DNA of 64,000 nucleotides, taken from NCBI GenBank assembly GCA_016215405.1, contig JACRJQ010000008.1, positions 25,866 to 89,865 on the forward strand. The letters run 5' to 3'. This document shows positions 29,565 through 40,676 of this stretch, in pieces. Position 1 is the first letter of the stretch; every line of letters begins with the position of its first letter. The position numbers and the translations under genes were made by a program. The stretch is from Candidatus Tayloriibacteriota bacterium (GTDB lineage: Bacteria; Patescibacteriota; Minisyncoccia; Phycocordibacterales; UBA6065). Under the pieces are notes generated by a model. The model searched no databases. It was not told the origin of the DNA and saw only the letters and a program-made list of their open reading frames with translations.

Positions 29565-30521
29565 TTACGCCTGCCCGACCTTGCCTTCGATCTTCTCTCT
29601 ATACCAAGCGACTTCGCGGCGCAGACCCTCTTCAGGCGAGACCTTCGGATCGTAACCGAGGATCCTTCGCGCCTTGTCTATGCGAGCGGAAGTCTCGATC
29701 TGATCCCCTGCCCTGCGAGGCATCCTCTTGAAGGCGATCTTCTTGTCTATTATCCGCTCTATGAGAGCGAGACCTTCCCCGGTCGTGATCGTCTTATCGC
29801 TTCCTATATTGAATATCTCTCCTCGGACGAGGGCGGCTTTGGCGAGGACGATCGAGCAGGCATCCACCACGTCAGAGACATGGGTATAGCTCCTTATATG
29901 GCGCTCGGAGCCGTCGTAAAGGGTGAGCGGCTCGCCGCGGAGGACGTTTCGTATGACCTTATGATAGAGCTTTTCCGGACGCTCTCTCTCCCCGTACACG
30001 GAAAAGAGGCGCAAGACAGCGACTGGGAGGCCCTTGTCGCGAAAATAGGAAAGGGCGAGCTGCTCGGACGCGAGCTTGGTGACGCCGTAGTGCGAGGTAG
30101 GCTTCGGCTCCGTGGCCTCGTCCGAATCGGCCTTCGCGCCATAGACGGAAGAAGTCGAGATGTGCACGAAGATCCTAAGAGACGGGACCTTGCCCGCCGC
30201 CTCGAGGAGCCTGTGCGTGGCGATTATATTGTTCTTCACATACGCCTCGAACGCCGTCGAGGCAGATATGCCCGGCTGCGCGGCGAAATGGTATATAGCC
30301 TCGACCCCTTCGAGCGCGAAGGCGAGGTCGTCCGACGAGAGATCGAGGCGCACGACCTCTATCCCCGACCTCCCCAGGTCGGCTATGGTTATCTCCTTTA
30401 TCTTCGGCGAATAGTAATCCGTGACGGCATCAAGGCCCAGGACGTCGTGCCCCGCCCTTTTGAAAGCCTCGGCGACGTGGGAGCCGATAGCGCCCGCGGC
30501 GCCTGTCACTAGGATCTTCAT
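29565..30521 (-). CDS. NAD-dependent epimerase (UDP-glucuronate 4-epimerase-like)
   Basis: TGAAGAIG, HFAAQPG, STSSVYG, YGVTK. Confidence 0.9.
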   Translation of the reverse strand: MKILVTGAAGAIGSHVAEAFKRAGHDVLGLDAVTDYYSPKIKEITIADLGRSGIEVVRLDLSSDDLAFALEGVEAIYHFAAQPGISASTAFEAYVKNNIIATHRLLEAAGKVPSLRIFVHISTSSVYGAKADSDEATEPKPTSHYGVTKLASEQLALSYFRDKGLPVAVLRLFSVYGERERPEKLYHKVIRNVLRGEPLTLYDGSERHIRSYTHVSDVVDACSIVLAKAALVRGEIFNIGSDKTITTGEGLALIERIIDKKIAFKRMPRRAGDQIETSARIDKARRILGYDPKVSPEEGLRREVAWYREKIEGKVGQA

Positions 30522-30523
30522 GG

Positions 30524-31576
30524 CTATCGCACGAACTCCATATACCTCCCCTCCTTCTTCACGAACGCCTCTTTAGGCTGGAACTTGTATCTGTATCCGT
30601 ACATCTCGGTGATCTTCGAACCGTCGACGGCTATAGGGTATGAGTAGGATTTCCAACCTCCTTTCGAGGTCGGGACCTTACCGCGCGACGCATGCCACAT
30701 AAAGAAGAACACTATGCGGATGAGATACGGATGGATAGGAACGGCTTTCTTGCCTACCGCTTCCGCCATATCGCGACCGCGCACCGATGGCCCCGGAGGG
30801 CATATGTTGAAGGCCTCGTACTCGCCCTTAAGGTCCTTAAACGAGAGCAGTGCGACTATGTCGACGACGTCGTCTTCGTGGATGAATTGGCGTAGCCACT
30901 TCTTGGTGACCGGGACGAACGAGACCATCGCCGAGACGAGCCGATGTATGAAATTCTCCTTGAGCTGTCCGGAGAGCGCCGCTTGAAGGCCGAAGCGTAT
31001 CCTCATATACCTGCCGCGAGGACCCGTTATCGCCGCAGGCCGAACGACGAACACTTGAGGAACGCCTCCCCTCTTCTTCGCCTCCGCATACTTCGCCTCG
31101 AGACGCTCTTCGACTATCCTCTTCTCTTCCGCATAGAGATAGTCGGTCTTCCTGAATCCTTCGGATTCCTTGAAAAGATGGTCGACTTCGTTGTCTGGGA
31201 ACGCGCCGTACGAGGCGACGGTCGAGAAATGCACCAGCTTCTGCACGGAAGGAGCCGACAAGGCGAAATCGAACACGGCGTCGGAGCCGTCGACGTTCCA
31301 TTTCCACTGGATGTCCTTCTTCCCGTACATCTCGCGGATCTGCCAGGCGGTATGGATGACGATGTCAGGAGCGAACTCCCTCGCTCGGCCGACCCACTTA
31401 TCGGCCTCGCAGAGGTTCGCCTGGACGAACGACACCTTCTCCTCCCCGGCATAGAGCTCGGAGGCAGGCTCTTTGTCTATCGCGAGTATCCCTTCGACGT
31501 CCTTTCGGGCAGAAAACTCCCGGACGAGCATCGCGCCGACGTACCCCGAGCCTCCCGTTATGAGTATCCTGTGCAT
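30524..31576 (-). CDS. NAD-dependent epimerase/dehydratase (extended SDR)
   Basis: TGGSGYVG, FSTVASYG, YAEEK, QFIHEDD. Confidence 0.88.
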   Translation of the reverse strand: MHRILITGGSGYVGAMLVREFSARKDVEGILAIDKEPASELYAGEEKVSFVQANLCEADKWVGRAREFAPDIVIHTAWQIREMYGKKDIQWKWNVDGSDAVFDFALSAPSVQKLVHFSTVASYGAFPDNEVDHLFKESEGFRKTDYLYAEEKRIVEERLEAKYAEAKKRGGVPQVFVVRPAAITGPRGRYMRIRFGLQAALSGQLKENFIHRLVSAMVSFVPVTKKWLRQFIHEDDVVDIVALLSFKDLKGEYEAFNICPPGPSVRGRDMAEAVGKKAVPIHPYLIRIVFFFMWHASRGKVPTSKGGWKSYSYPIAVDGSKITEMYGYRYKFQPKEAFVKKEGRYMEFVR

Positions 31577-31584
31577 GTGATTTT

Positions 31585-32949
31585 CTATTTTCCTCCCCTC
31601 GAAGCGAGGGTCGCTATGGTCTGAAGCGCTATCTTGAGATCGAGCATGAGCGACCTGTTCTTAATGTAATAAAAATCGTAGGCGAGCCTTGTCTTTGTCT
31701 CTTCGAGCGACTGGGGCGGGAGCTCCTGCCTGATCTGCGCCCAGCCCGAGAGTCCCGGCTTTATGATGGTTCTCATAGTGTAATACGGTATCTCTCGAGA
31801 TAGTTTCATGCCCAAGTCGTATATGTCCGGGCGAGGGCCTACGAGCGAGAGGTCTCCTTTGACGACGGAGAAGAGCTGCGGCAGCTCGTCGATGCGCGAT
31901 CTCCTCAGGAGCTTGCCCACGCGGGTTATCCTGTCGTCGTTCTCTTTGACCCAGGCGCCTTTATCGCTTCGCCTCATGCTTCGGAACTTCGGTATGCGTA
32001 TGACCTGGTTATCTTTGCCCACCCGCTCCTGGACGATGAAGACCGGCCCGCCGTCATCGAGCTTTATAGCTATATAGACGAACGGGTAGAGGACGAGAGA
32101 GGCGAGCCCCAAGGCGAGGGCGATCCCGAAGTCCATGAGCCTCTTCGTGACGTCGTAGACGCGCTTCGGATATGCCGATATGTTCTCCACGAACCAGCCG
32201 TGGGAGAGGAGCGAGAGCGCGACGCGGCCGAACACCCCCTCATAGACCTGATGCATGTCCATGAAACGCGCGCGCGACAGGAGGAGGTTATAGAGGTCAG
32301 GAAGGACTGAGCGGGTCTTCTCGTTATAGAGGTCGATGACGACGATAGGCCGGCTCTCGGACGATATCTTAGAAAGGAAATCCCTTTTGAACGAATCGGG
32401 GGTGAGGGCGTCGAGATCGGCCGAAGAGGAGAACGTGAAGTGGTAGTGAGGATTAGCGTTCACCTCCCTCTCGAGCTCCCTCATCTCCGCCCCGCTGCCC
32501 ACGAGGACGGCGTCCGCCCGCCTTTCGATCCGGATCGACCTGAAGATTCCTGCTCGCCAGAGGAGGATGAAGAGCGTCGAGACGGCGAAATAGAGGAAGA
32601 GGTTCGTCTTCGGCGCGATCGTGCCGGTGAGGTCGGAAGCGATCTCCGAGAACGGGGCGAAATAGAAGAAGCCGACGGCGATCGCGGCGTTCACGAGCTG
32701 GACGTTAAGGAAGATGGGCGGGATCGCGCTCCTGAAGAGGCCAGCGCTCCTCTCGTAGAGCCCGGCTATGAAATAGACCGCTATCCAGATGAGGAAGAGA
32801 TAGGAGAAAGGATAGAGATGCTCGTAAAAGAGGCTCGCGTCGGGTACGGAGAGGTATCGGATGGCGAGAGTCGCCCAAAGGGCGAAGACGAACGCCGCCA
32901 CGTCGCCGATAAGCAGTATCACGGGCGTTTTTCGGCTCAAGATAGGCAT
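31585..32949 (-). CDS. Polyprenyl-phosphate glycosylphosphotransferase (WcaJ/WbaP-like)
   Basis: N-terminal TMs; KFRSM, RIDELPQL, GDLSLVGPRP, KPGLSGWAQ, YDFYY. Confidence 0.93.
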   Translation of the reverse strand: MPILSRKTPVILLIGDVAAFVFALWATLAIRYLSVPDASLFYEHLYPFSYLFLIWIAVYFIAGLYERSAGLFRSAIPPIFLNVQLVNAAIAVGFFYFAPFSEIASDLTGTIAPKTNLFLYFAVSTLFILLWRAGIFRSIRIERRADAVLVGSGAEMRELEREVNANPHYHFTFSSSADLDALTPDSFKRDFLSKISSESRPIVVIDLYNEKTRSVLPDLYNLLLSRARFMDMHQVYEGVFGRVALSLLSHGWFVENISAYPKRVYDVTKRLMDFGIALALGLASLVLYPFVYIAIKLDDGGPVFIVQERVGKDNQVIRIPKFRSMRRSDKGAWVKENDDRITRVGKLLRRSRIDELPQLFSVVKGDLSLVGPRPDIYDLGMKLSREIPYYTMRTIIKPGLSGWAQIRQELPPQSLEETKTRLAYDFYYIKNRSLMLDLKIALQTIATLASRGGK

Positions 32950-33017
32950 ATAGTAGGTACAATATTACAAGAAAACAGCGAGGTTACAAGGCGAATCTGA
33001 GATATAATCTAGAGGCT

Positions 33018-34142
33018 ATGGAGACCGCAGCGCGCAAGAAACTCCTCATACTCATAACGAAATCGAACTTCGGGGGCGCTCAGCGCTACGTTTTCGATCT
33101 GGCGAGGTCGCTTAAAGGAAGATACGACGTCACGGTAGCCCTCGGAGGCGACGGGATGCTCAAAGCGAAGCTCGAAGAGGCGGGGATTCGCGTCGTATCC
33201 ATCCCCTATCTGGCGAAGAGCGTAAACCCGTTGAAGGACGCTCTCGTGTTCTTCTGGCTCTGGAAGACGCTTAAGCGGGACAGGCCGGATATCGTTCATG
33301 TGAATAGTTCGAAGATCGGCGGCGCCGGTGCCTTCGTCGCGAGGATGATAGGGATAGACAAGGTGGTCTTCACCGCTCACGCATGGGCGTTCAACGAAGA
33401 CAGGAGCGCTATCGCGAAAGGCCTTATCGCGTTCCTTCACTGGCTCACGGTGATGCTCTCTCATAAGACCATCGCCGTCTCTGGCGCGGTAAAGAGACAG
33501 ATATCCCACCTTCCCTTCATGGACTCGAAGATAGAGGTCGTCCACCTCGGGCTCGAGCCCGTGGAGGCTTTCTCCCGCAAGGACGCGCGCAAGCTTTTGG
33601 AGATAAAAGAGAAGGAGTTCGCCATAGGGACGATAGCCGAGCTTCATCCTATAAAAGGGCTCAACTACGCCCTAGAATCGCTTTCCACGGCGCCCTTCGA
33701 TTTCTCTTACACCATAATCGGCGAAGGGGACGCCCGAAAGAGCCTCGAAAAAACGATAGCTGCCGCGCCCAAGCTCGCAGGCCGCGTCAGGCTCGCGGGA
33801 TTCCTCCCCGACGCGCCGAAGCTCCTCCCCGCTTTCGACATATTCCTCCTGCCCTCCCTTTCCGAGGCGTTCGGCTATGTCCTCTTGGAAGCCGGACACG
33901 CGCGGCTCCCTGTGATAGCGTCATCGGTGGGAGGCATCCCTGAGATCATCGAGGACATGAAGTCCGGCATCCTCATCCATCCAAAGAATCCGAAAGAGAT
34001 CGAACGGGCCATAGCCCACCTCTACGAGGACGAGGTGACGAGAGACAACCTCGCATTCACGCTCATGAACAAGGTAAAGAAGGAATTCTCCCTACAAAAG
34101 ATGGTGGAAGGGACGGTGGCGGTTTACGAAACTGCAAAATAA
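33018..34142 (+). CDS. Glycosyltransferase family 4
   Basis: GGAQRY, PSLSEAFGYVLLEA, VGGIPEII. Confidence 0.92.
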   Translation: METAARKKLLILITKSNFGGAQRYVFDLARSLKGRYDVTVALGGDGMLKAKLEEAGIRVVSIPYLAKSVNPLKDALVFFWLWKTLKRDRPDIVHVNSSKIGGAGAFVARMIGIDKVVFTAHAWAFNEDRSAIAKGLIAFLHWLTVMLSHKTIAVSGAVKRQISHLPFMDSKIEVVHLGLEPVEAFSRKDARKLLEIKEKEFAIGTIAELHPIKGLNYALESLSTAPFDFSYTIIGEGDARKSLEKTIAAAPKLAGRVRLAGFLPDAPKLLPAFDIFLLPSLSEAFGYVLLEAGHARLPVIASSVGGIPEIIEDMKSGILIHPKNPKEIERAIAHLYEDEVTRDNLAFTLMNKVKKEFSLQKMVEGTVAVYETAK

Positions 34143-34293
34143 GCTACTCGCGATTTCTAGACTGGTCTTTGAAATTTTTCTTTTAGCCCTTTCCTTTGTC
34201 GGGCACAGATAATCCCAACAAGGGAAATGGACGGAGGTTGAGAGAGGAAATAGCCCGATTCGCGAAGCGAACCGGGCTATTTTCCCTCTTAAT

Positions 34294-34392
34294 ACCCCGC
34301 CGAGCCCGCGTTCTTCTGAGCGAGGACTGTCTGAGCCTGAATCTATGAGGGCGAGTTCCGCAGCGAGGAAAATGCGGATCGGCTAAAAGAAA
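34294..34392 (+). repeat. Dispersed structured repeat, copy 3
   Basis: ACCCCGCCGAGCCCGCGTTCTT...GCGAGGACTGTCTGAGCC...GGCGAGTTCCGCAGC...GCGGATCGGCTAAAAGAA. Confidence 0.7.
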
Positions 34393-34447
34393 AACTATAG
34401 GATGCAGCGCGGACGCATCGCCCCCAAAGCAACTATGGTCGTTTTGC

Positions 34448-35593
34448 CTAAATACCCAAAAACTCGTTCTTCGTCTCTTCCCTATGCGCGTCGCGCATGT
34501 AGCGGCGATGGGATTCGAGGATGCCCAGGGCGAAGAACGCCGTGAGAAGATGCGAGCCTCCGTAAGATACGAACGGCAGAGTGATCCCCGTCACCGGCAG
34601 AAGCCCCATATTCATGCCGACGTTTACGAGGAAATGGCTCATAAAAAGAGTCGCGAGTCCGAGGCCGTAGAGTATCTCGAAATTAGTAGCTCCCCGCCAT
34701 GAATTCGCGATGATCCGCCAGATAAGGAGCGCGAAAACGGCGAAGAACAGGATCACCCCTGCGAATCCCCACTCTTCCGCGAACGCGGCGAAGACGAAGT
34801 CCGTCTGGTATTCCGGAAGGAACTTGAGCTTCGATTGCGTGCCGTATCCTATCCCTTTCCCCCATATCTCCCCCGACCCGACAGCGACCATCGATTGATA
34901 GGCGTTATATCCCGCTCCGCGCACGTCCGAGAGCGGATGGATGAAGGAAACGATGCGGGCCTTCTGATAATCCTTGAAACCGAAGCTCCAAAGCAGCGCG
35001 AACGCTACGGCGCCGCAAGCGATAAGGGTGAAAAGGTGCCTCTTGGAGAGCCCTGAGACGAGCGTCATGCCAAGCCAGACGAGAGCTATGATGACGGCGC
35101 TGCCGAAATCCGGCTGCAAAGCCACGAGAAAGAAGAGGATCGCCGCGTATACCCCAGAGACGATTATATGGCGGATATTGGCTATCTCGATGTGCCTTTT
35201 CGAGAAATATTTCGCGAGGATGAGGATGAGGAGGACCTTCGCGAAATCGGTGGGCTGAAACGATACGGATCCGAACTGTATCCAGCTCTGCGCTCCCTTT
35301 ACTTCGGCTCCGAGGAGAAGGAGGCCGGAAAGAAGGAGTATCATGAGGCCGAAGAGAAGGACGAGGACTTGGGTCCTTTTAAGGAAAGACCAGTCGATGA
35401 ACGACGCCGCGAAGAACGTCGCGACAGAGACGCAGAGCCACATGACCTGCCTCGCGAAATAGGGGTCGTCCCCGACGAACGAATTCATCGTGACGAGCCC
35501 GAAGAGGACGAGCACGACGGCCGACCCGAGCATCACCCAGTCTATGCGGAACCGCGCGAAAGACGCGGCGGCCTTTTGTATCATTTCGGACAT
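34448..35593 (-). CDS. rodA: SEDS peptidoglycan polymerase (RodA/FtsW; RodA more likely)
   Basis: GAQSWI, FQPTDFAK, QPDFGS, PEYQTDF, EEWGF, TGITLPFVSYGGS. Confidence 0.85.
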   Translation of the reverse strand: MSEMIQKAAASFARFRIDWVMLGSAVVLVLFGLVTMNSFVGDDPYFARQVMWLCVSVATFFAASFIDWSFLKRTQVLVLLFGLMILLLSGLLLLGAEVKGAQSWIQFGSVSFQPTDFAKVLLILILAKYFSKRHIEIANIRHIIVSGVYAAILFFLVALQPDFGSAVIIALVWLGMTLVSGLSKRHLFTLIACGAVAFALLWSFGFKDYQKARIVSFIHPLSDVRGAGYNAYQSMVAVGSGEIWGKGIGYGTQSKLKFLPEYQTDFVFAAFAEEWGFAGVILFFAVFALLIWRIIANSWRGATNFEILYGLGLATLFMSHFLVNVGMNMGLLPVTGITLPFVSYGGSHLLTAFFALGILESHRRYMRDAHREETKNEFLGI

Positions 35594-35599
35594 TGGGTT

Positions 35600-36355
35600 C
35601 TATGGCTTTTCTACGAAGAGGACCTCTTTGCGCACGACTGGGCGAGAGAACTTCTCAGGCCATGTGAAATAAAGGGTCGTGGTCTCGCCGGGAAGGAGGG
35701 ATTCGACGACGGTCTTCGAGAACGCGATCCTATTGTCTTCGTCGTCATAGAGCACTATGAACACGTCGACGTCGCGCGATGCCCTGTCGACCGATTCGTT
35801 CTTGACCCTCGCTTCCGCTTTCGGCGAACCGTCATCCGCCAGGTCGACGGAGAGGGCGCGGAGCTTGGCGAGGCTCATCCCCGGCCTCCAACCCGGGACG
35901 CCGGTGAACTCGAAGGTCGTCCTCACAGGGAACCGCTCGCCCGTCTCGATCGTGCCCTCGAACACCGCGAACCTCTGTCCAGCGGGTATGAAGCTCTTCC
36001 CTTTCCTCTCGGCGACGAGTATCCCGTCGCCGTCATAGAGCTTGAACGTATACGAGATCGACCCCGCCTCGACAGTCGGGTTCGGATTCTCTATATAGGC
36101 GAGAGAGTTGTAGATCCCAGGGACGACGCGCACCGAATGGCTCCAGAGGACCTTCGGCATGGCGAAATCGGCCGGACAGAGCTTCGTGCAAGCCCCGCCG
36201 CAATCGACGCCTCTCTCCTCTCCGTTCTGCTTGCCGTCAGAGCAGGTAGGCGCCTTGTAGAGAGCGAGGAACGTAGGCAGTCCGACTGCGAGCGCGAAAA
36301 AGACGAGAAAGCCGAAGAAGAATCCTGTTTTCCTGCGAGTAGACCACGATGCCAT
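35600..36355 (-). CDS. Membrane-anchored protein with Cys-rich motif and FxLYD-like domains
   Basis: CSDGKQNGEERGVDCGGAC; FKLYD and IVLYD. Confidence 0.75.
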   Translation of the reverse strand: MASWSTRRKTGFFFGFLVFFALAVGLPTFLALYKAPTCSDGKQNGEERGVDCGGACTKLCPADFAMPKVLWSHSVRVVPGIYNSLAYIENPNPTVEAGSISYTFKLYDGDGILVAERKGKSFIPAGQRFAVFEGTIETGERFPVRTTFEFTGVPGWRPGMSLAKLRALSVDLADDGSPKAEARVKNESVDRASRDVDVFIVLYDDEDNRIAFSKTVVESLLPGETTTLYFTWPEKFSRPVVRKEVLFVEKP

Positions 36356-36381
36356 GGGGACATTATAGCAAATCAGGCGAA

Positions 36382-36413
36382 GAAAAAGCCGCTCCTTTCG
36401 GAGCGGCTTTTTC
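36382..36413 (-). terminator. Terminator after 5S rRNA
   Basis: AAAAAGCCGCTCC-tttc-GGAGCGGCTTTTT. Confidence 0.8.
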
Positions 36414-36425
36414 GATTGAATCCTC

Positions 36426-36538
<113 letters not shown>

Positions 36539-36742
36539 GAGGACTCAATCCTCGCTATTTGAAACACAACAGATAAATATGAATTCTGAGAAAAGACAGT
36601 AAGCCTGAGCTTCCTGTGATTTCTAAATTTCCTAATAAGATCGGGTAATTAGTACTTCTCGGCTTAACACATTACTGTGCTTACACCTAAAGCCTATCAA
36701 CCTAGTAGTCTTCTAGGGCCCTCAAACGATTCCTTATCTTGG

Positions 36743-36785
<43 letters not shown>

Positions 36786-36921
36786 GACATAGCTACTCTG
36801 CGTTGCCACGGGCGTGACAGCAGATAGACCAGCGGTCCGTTCACTTCGGTCCTCTCGTACTAGAAGCAAAGCTCCTCAAGAATCAACGCCTGCAGTAGAT
36901 AGGAGACCAACCTGTCTCACG

Positions 36922-37200
36922 CTTCTTTTCGCATGTTGCCATGCGGAATGGACTATATCTTCATCCTTATTTATTTATTCATAAGGAGATCAACGTGTAG
37001 TCTCTACGGACGGGAACCCGCGCTCCCTTTCCTCGGTATTGCCCCCAATCATCTCCATTGTGGGTTTTACCGATATTAGTTGATGACGTACATGAAAGTT
37101 GCCCTTCATGACCGCCGTGATTGGTTGTGTCTCGTTTGTTTGTCCTTGATGTCCGAGGGATTCAGACTGTAGAGCCTATAATCTTTCGATTATGTTCTCC
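36922..37200 (-). ncRNA. Group I intron at 23S L2593 (279 nt, no homing endonuclease)
   Basis: Inserted at GACCGT^CGTGAGACAG; ends in G; P3 ATCAAC/GTTGAT, P4 TCGGTA/TACCGA, P7 GACTA/TAGTC, J8/7 AAGATA. Confidence 0.9.
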
Positions 37201-37861
37201 ACGGTCTGAACCCAGCTCACGTGCCTTTTTAATTGGCGAACAGCCAAACCCTTGGGACCTTCTCCAGCCCCAGGATAAGACGAGCCGACATCGAGGTGCC
37301 GAACTCCGCCGTCGATATGAACTCTTAGGCGGAACGAGCCTGTTATCCCTAGAGTAGCTTTTGTCCGATAATCTTCCCCCGCATCTAATGCGTAAGGTCG
37401 GTTCACTTAGCTCTGCTTTCGCATCTGCTCGACAAGTACGTCTTACAGTTAAGCAAGTTTATGCCCATACACTATCGCCACGGTTTCCATTCGCGGCTAA
37501 CTTACCTTAATAGGCTCCTCCGTTACTTTTTAGGAGGATAGCGCCCCACTAAAACTACCCACCAGATACTGTCTCCCGCGGTTTTTGCCCTCGGGGTTAG
37601 AACATACAACGGCGAAGAACGCTATTTCACTGGCGACTCCATGCTGGCCGAAACCGCACTTCAAAGTCTCACGTCTATGCTACGCATCGCAATCGTATGC
37701 TCAATATCAAGCTGTAGTAAAGCTTCTAGGGTCTTTTCGTCTAACTGCAGGTACCCGGCATCTTCACCGGGATTGTATTTTCACCGAGCTGTACTTCGAG
37801 ACAGTTGCCCAGACGTTACACTATTCAACGCGTCAGAACTTACCTGACAAGGAATTGCGCT

Positions 37862-38072
37862 CAACTATTCCTCAGAGTTGGACTCTATCTTCAGCCTCTC
37901 TTTTAAGGGAGTAGGCTGCGCGGCGTTGGTCTCTATTTGACCGCGTACGGACTGACGGTGCATTACTGCCACCTCAGGTAGCTATCTGTGTAATTTCTAT
38001 TAGGCTCTTATTTATCAACACAACTATAGATCCGTCCCAGTCCTTCTGCATCCTTCCGAAGAAAGATGCAGA
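37862..38072 (-). ncRNA. Group I-like intron at 23S L1931 (211 nt), apparently lacking P4-P6
   Basis: Inserted at CCTAAGGT^AGCG; ends in G; P3 CGCGGT/GCCGCG, P8 CAGCCT/AGGCTG, GAGAC and AAGATAGAGTCC core. Confidence 0.8.
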
Positions 38073-38917
38073 ACCTTAGGACGGTTATAGTTACCGCCGA
38101 CATTCACCAGGGCTTACATTCATCAGCTTGATATAATCGCACCGCAAATGGTTGACCTTCTGGCATTGGTCAAGTGTCACCCCCTATACATCCTCTTACG
38201 AGTTCGCAGGGAGCTGTGTTTTTGATAAACAGTCGCCAGGCATACTTTAGCTGCGGCCCCTTGAGTAAACAAAGGGCAAGCCTTATCGCTAACTTACGGC
38301 TGCTTTTTTGCCGAGTTCCTTGAAGTACCTTCACTCGTTCGCCTTCGTCTTCTCGACGTGATCACCTGTTTCGGTTTTCGGTACGGATCACCTCCGGTTG
38401 TGCTTAGAGACTTTTCTTGAAAGCGCGCTTTGCATAGTTCCCCGTAGCAAGCTACGGCTTCCCTCCTGTCTTTAGGCTCGCTAATTGAATAGCTGCTTGC
38501 GGGATTTTCCTCGCAAACGCCCTCTGACCAAAGACCCCAATCCAATAAGGGGCTACGCATACTGTGCTCCGTCATCCCATCGCACCGGGTGTGAGTCACG
38601 GAATATTAACCGTGTGTCCATCAGGTACGGCTTTCGCCATCCCCTTAGGCCCGACTAACCCTTCGCTGATATCCATTGCGAAGGAAACCTTAATCTTTCG
38701 GCGTGCGGATATCCCATCCGCATTGTGGTTACTTGTGCCAACATTCTTACTTCTCTACGCTCCAGCATGGGTCACCCCTTTGCCTTCAGCGCGAAGAGAA
38801 TACTCTCCTACCAGAACATCTATACGAATATAGATGCAATCCTCAGTTTCGGTATCATGCTTTAACCCCGATCATCTGCGGCGCAGACTCTCTAAGTGAG
38901 TGAGCTGTTACGCTTTC

Positions 38918-38949
<32 letters not shown>

Positions 38950-39529
38950 TCACCGTCGAAGAAAATCCACCACCTCCCTTGTACTTAGCATGAATTTTGG
39001 GACCTTAAATTGAGATTCGGGCTGTTTCCCTTTTGTCTAATGGAGCTTAGCCCCCACAGACTTACTGCCGTTCTTTTGACCAGAGGTATTCGGAGTTTGA
39101 TAGGTTCTGCGATCTTTCGACCTGTCAGAATCTTCCAGTGCTCTACCCCCTCTGGGAACGAACGACGCTATGCCAAAACATATTTCGGAGAGAACCAGCT
39201 ATTACCGAGTTCGATGAGCTTATCACTCCATACCACATGTCATCGCAGAGTATTGCACGTCTCTAGCGTTCGGTCCTTCCTCTATCTTTCGACAGAGTTC
39301 AACCTGCACATGGCAAGCTCACCCGGCTTCGGGTCTGATACGTACTACTTTGTCGCGCTATTCACACTCGGTTTCCCTGCGGCTCCGGGCATTCAAGCCC
39401 TTAGCCTTGCAGCACGCATCAACTCGTTGGCTCATTCTTCAATAGGCACGCCGTGACGGTAATAAATTACCGCTCCGACTCCTTGTAAGCATATGGTTTC
39501 AGTTCTATTTCACCTCCCTCTCCGGGATA

Positions 39530-39569
<40 letters not shown>

Positions 39570-40442
39570 TTCTGGAATATTTAGCCTTAGCGGTTAGTTC
39601 CGCCAGATTCCCTCAGGCTATTCGTGTCCTGAGGTACTCAAGAATGGCAATAAAAGAGGTGTTTCGCTTTCGCGCACGGGACTATCACCCTCTGGGGTCT
39701 GTCTTTCCAGACAATTACGCTAACGAAACACTTTGTAACTCTTTCCACTATAAATAGTGACACTGCCACCTTACTACCCCCGATCTTAATCGCGTCCTAC
39801 GTCTTGCGACATAATCCGCGATTAAGACCGAGTTTGGGCTATTTCGCTTTCGCTCGCCACTACTAACGAAATGTTGTCGACATACATCGACATTGTTTTC
39901 TCTTCCTCCTGGTACTGAAATGTTTTACTTCCCAGGGTACGCTCATTCATGTCAAGCATGAATGTCTCTGGTATCTCTACCAGAGGAGTTGCCTCATTCG
40001 GAAACGACCGGATTAACGCCTGTTCAGCGGCTCCCCGATCATATCGTTGCTACACAACGTCCTTCATCGCTTCTCAGAAGCCTAGGCATCCACCATATGC
40101 TCTTAAATTTCCTATTAGGAAATTTAAAAACCACTTAACTTCTCTCAATGATATCGGCCTGCTTACAACAGACCGACATACAATTCATTTTTACCTGTTG
40201 CCCGTTTCTTTTGGTAAAGAAACGGTTTATCTCGATCTACCGTCTATAGATAGATGAGAATCGTCTCGCGCTCTTCTTTTGACGGGCCGACCTGGCCCTA
40301 AGCGCGTACGGGGTTTCGTTTTCAAATAACTCTCTGAAAGAAAAACCGCTCTTCGGAGAGCGGCATCGGAACAGGGCCAAATCAATGGCCTATTTGATGC
40401 GCGTTCTCTTAAGGGGATTCAACATATTCAGAGGTAGCCATA

Positions 40443-40470
40443 AGTATACTTACCCGCGTTTTAGAGTCAA
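40443..40470 (-). promoter_or_regulatory. 23S-5S rRNA promoter
   Basis: TTGACT-N16-TATACT. Confidence 0.7.
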
Positions 40471-40541
40471 GCTTTTTTCAACGATTCCGCCTTTTCGTCA
40501 AAGCCTCCGCCCTGTCGCGGCTCTGTGGAGCCATAGATTAC

Positions 40542-40570
40542 TTGACATAATCAGATATATGGTGTATAAT
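40542..40570 (+). promoter_or_regulatory. Perfect consensus sigma70 promoter
   Basis: TTGACA-N17-TATAAT. Confidence 0.8.
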
Positions 40571-40676
40571 ATATTTATATAAGTTCATTGAGAAAGGCCC
40601 GGATTTGAGGGTTGAAATCGCGGATACGGCGGGAATTCCCCTGCCCTATGCCACGAAACAGCCCTCAAGTTCGACC

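Noticed and set aside
37725-37745. 23S G2057A as an acquired macrolide-resistance mutation
   Set aside because: It appears compensated by U at the 2611-equivalent position, so it is likely a lineage variant.
36922-38072. Homing endonuclease in the 23S introns
   Set aside because: Both introns are under 280 nt with no suitable ORF or LAGLIDADG motif.
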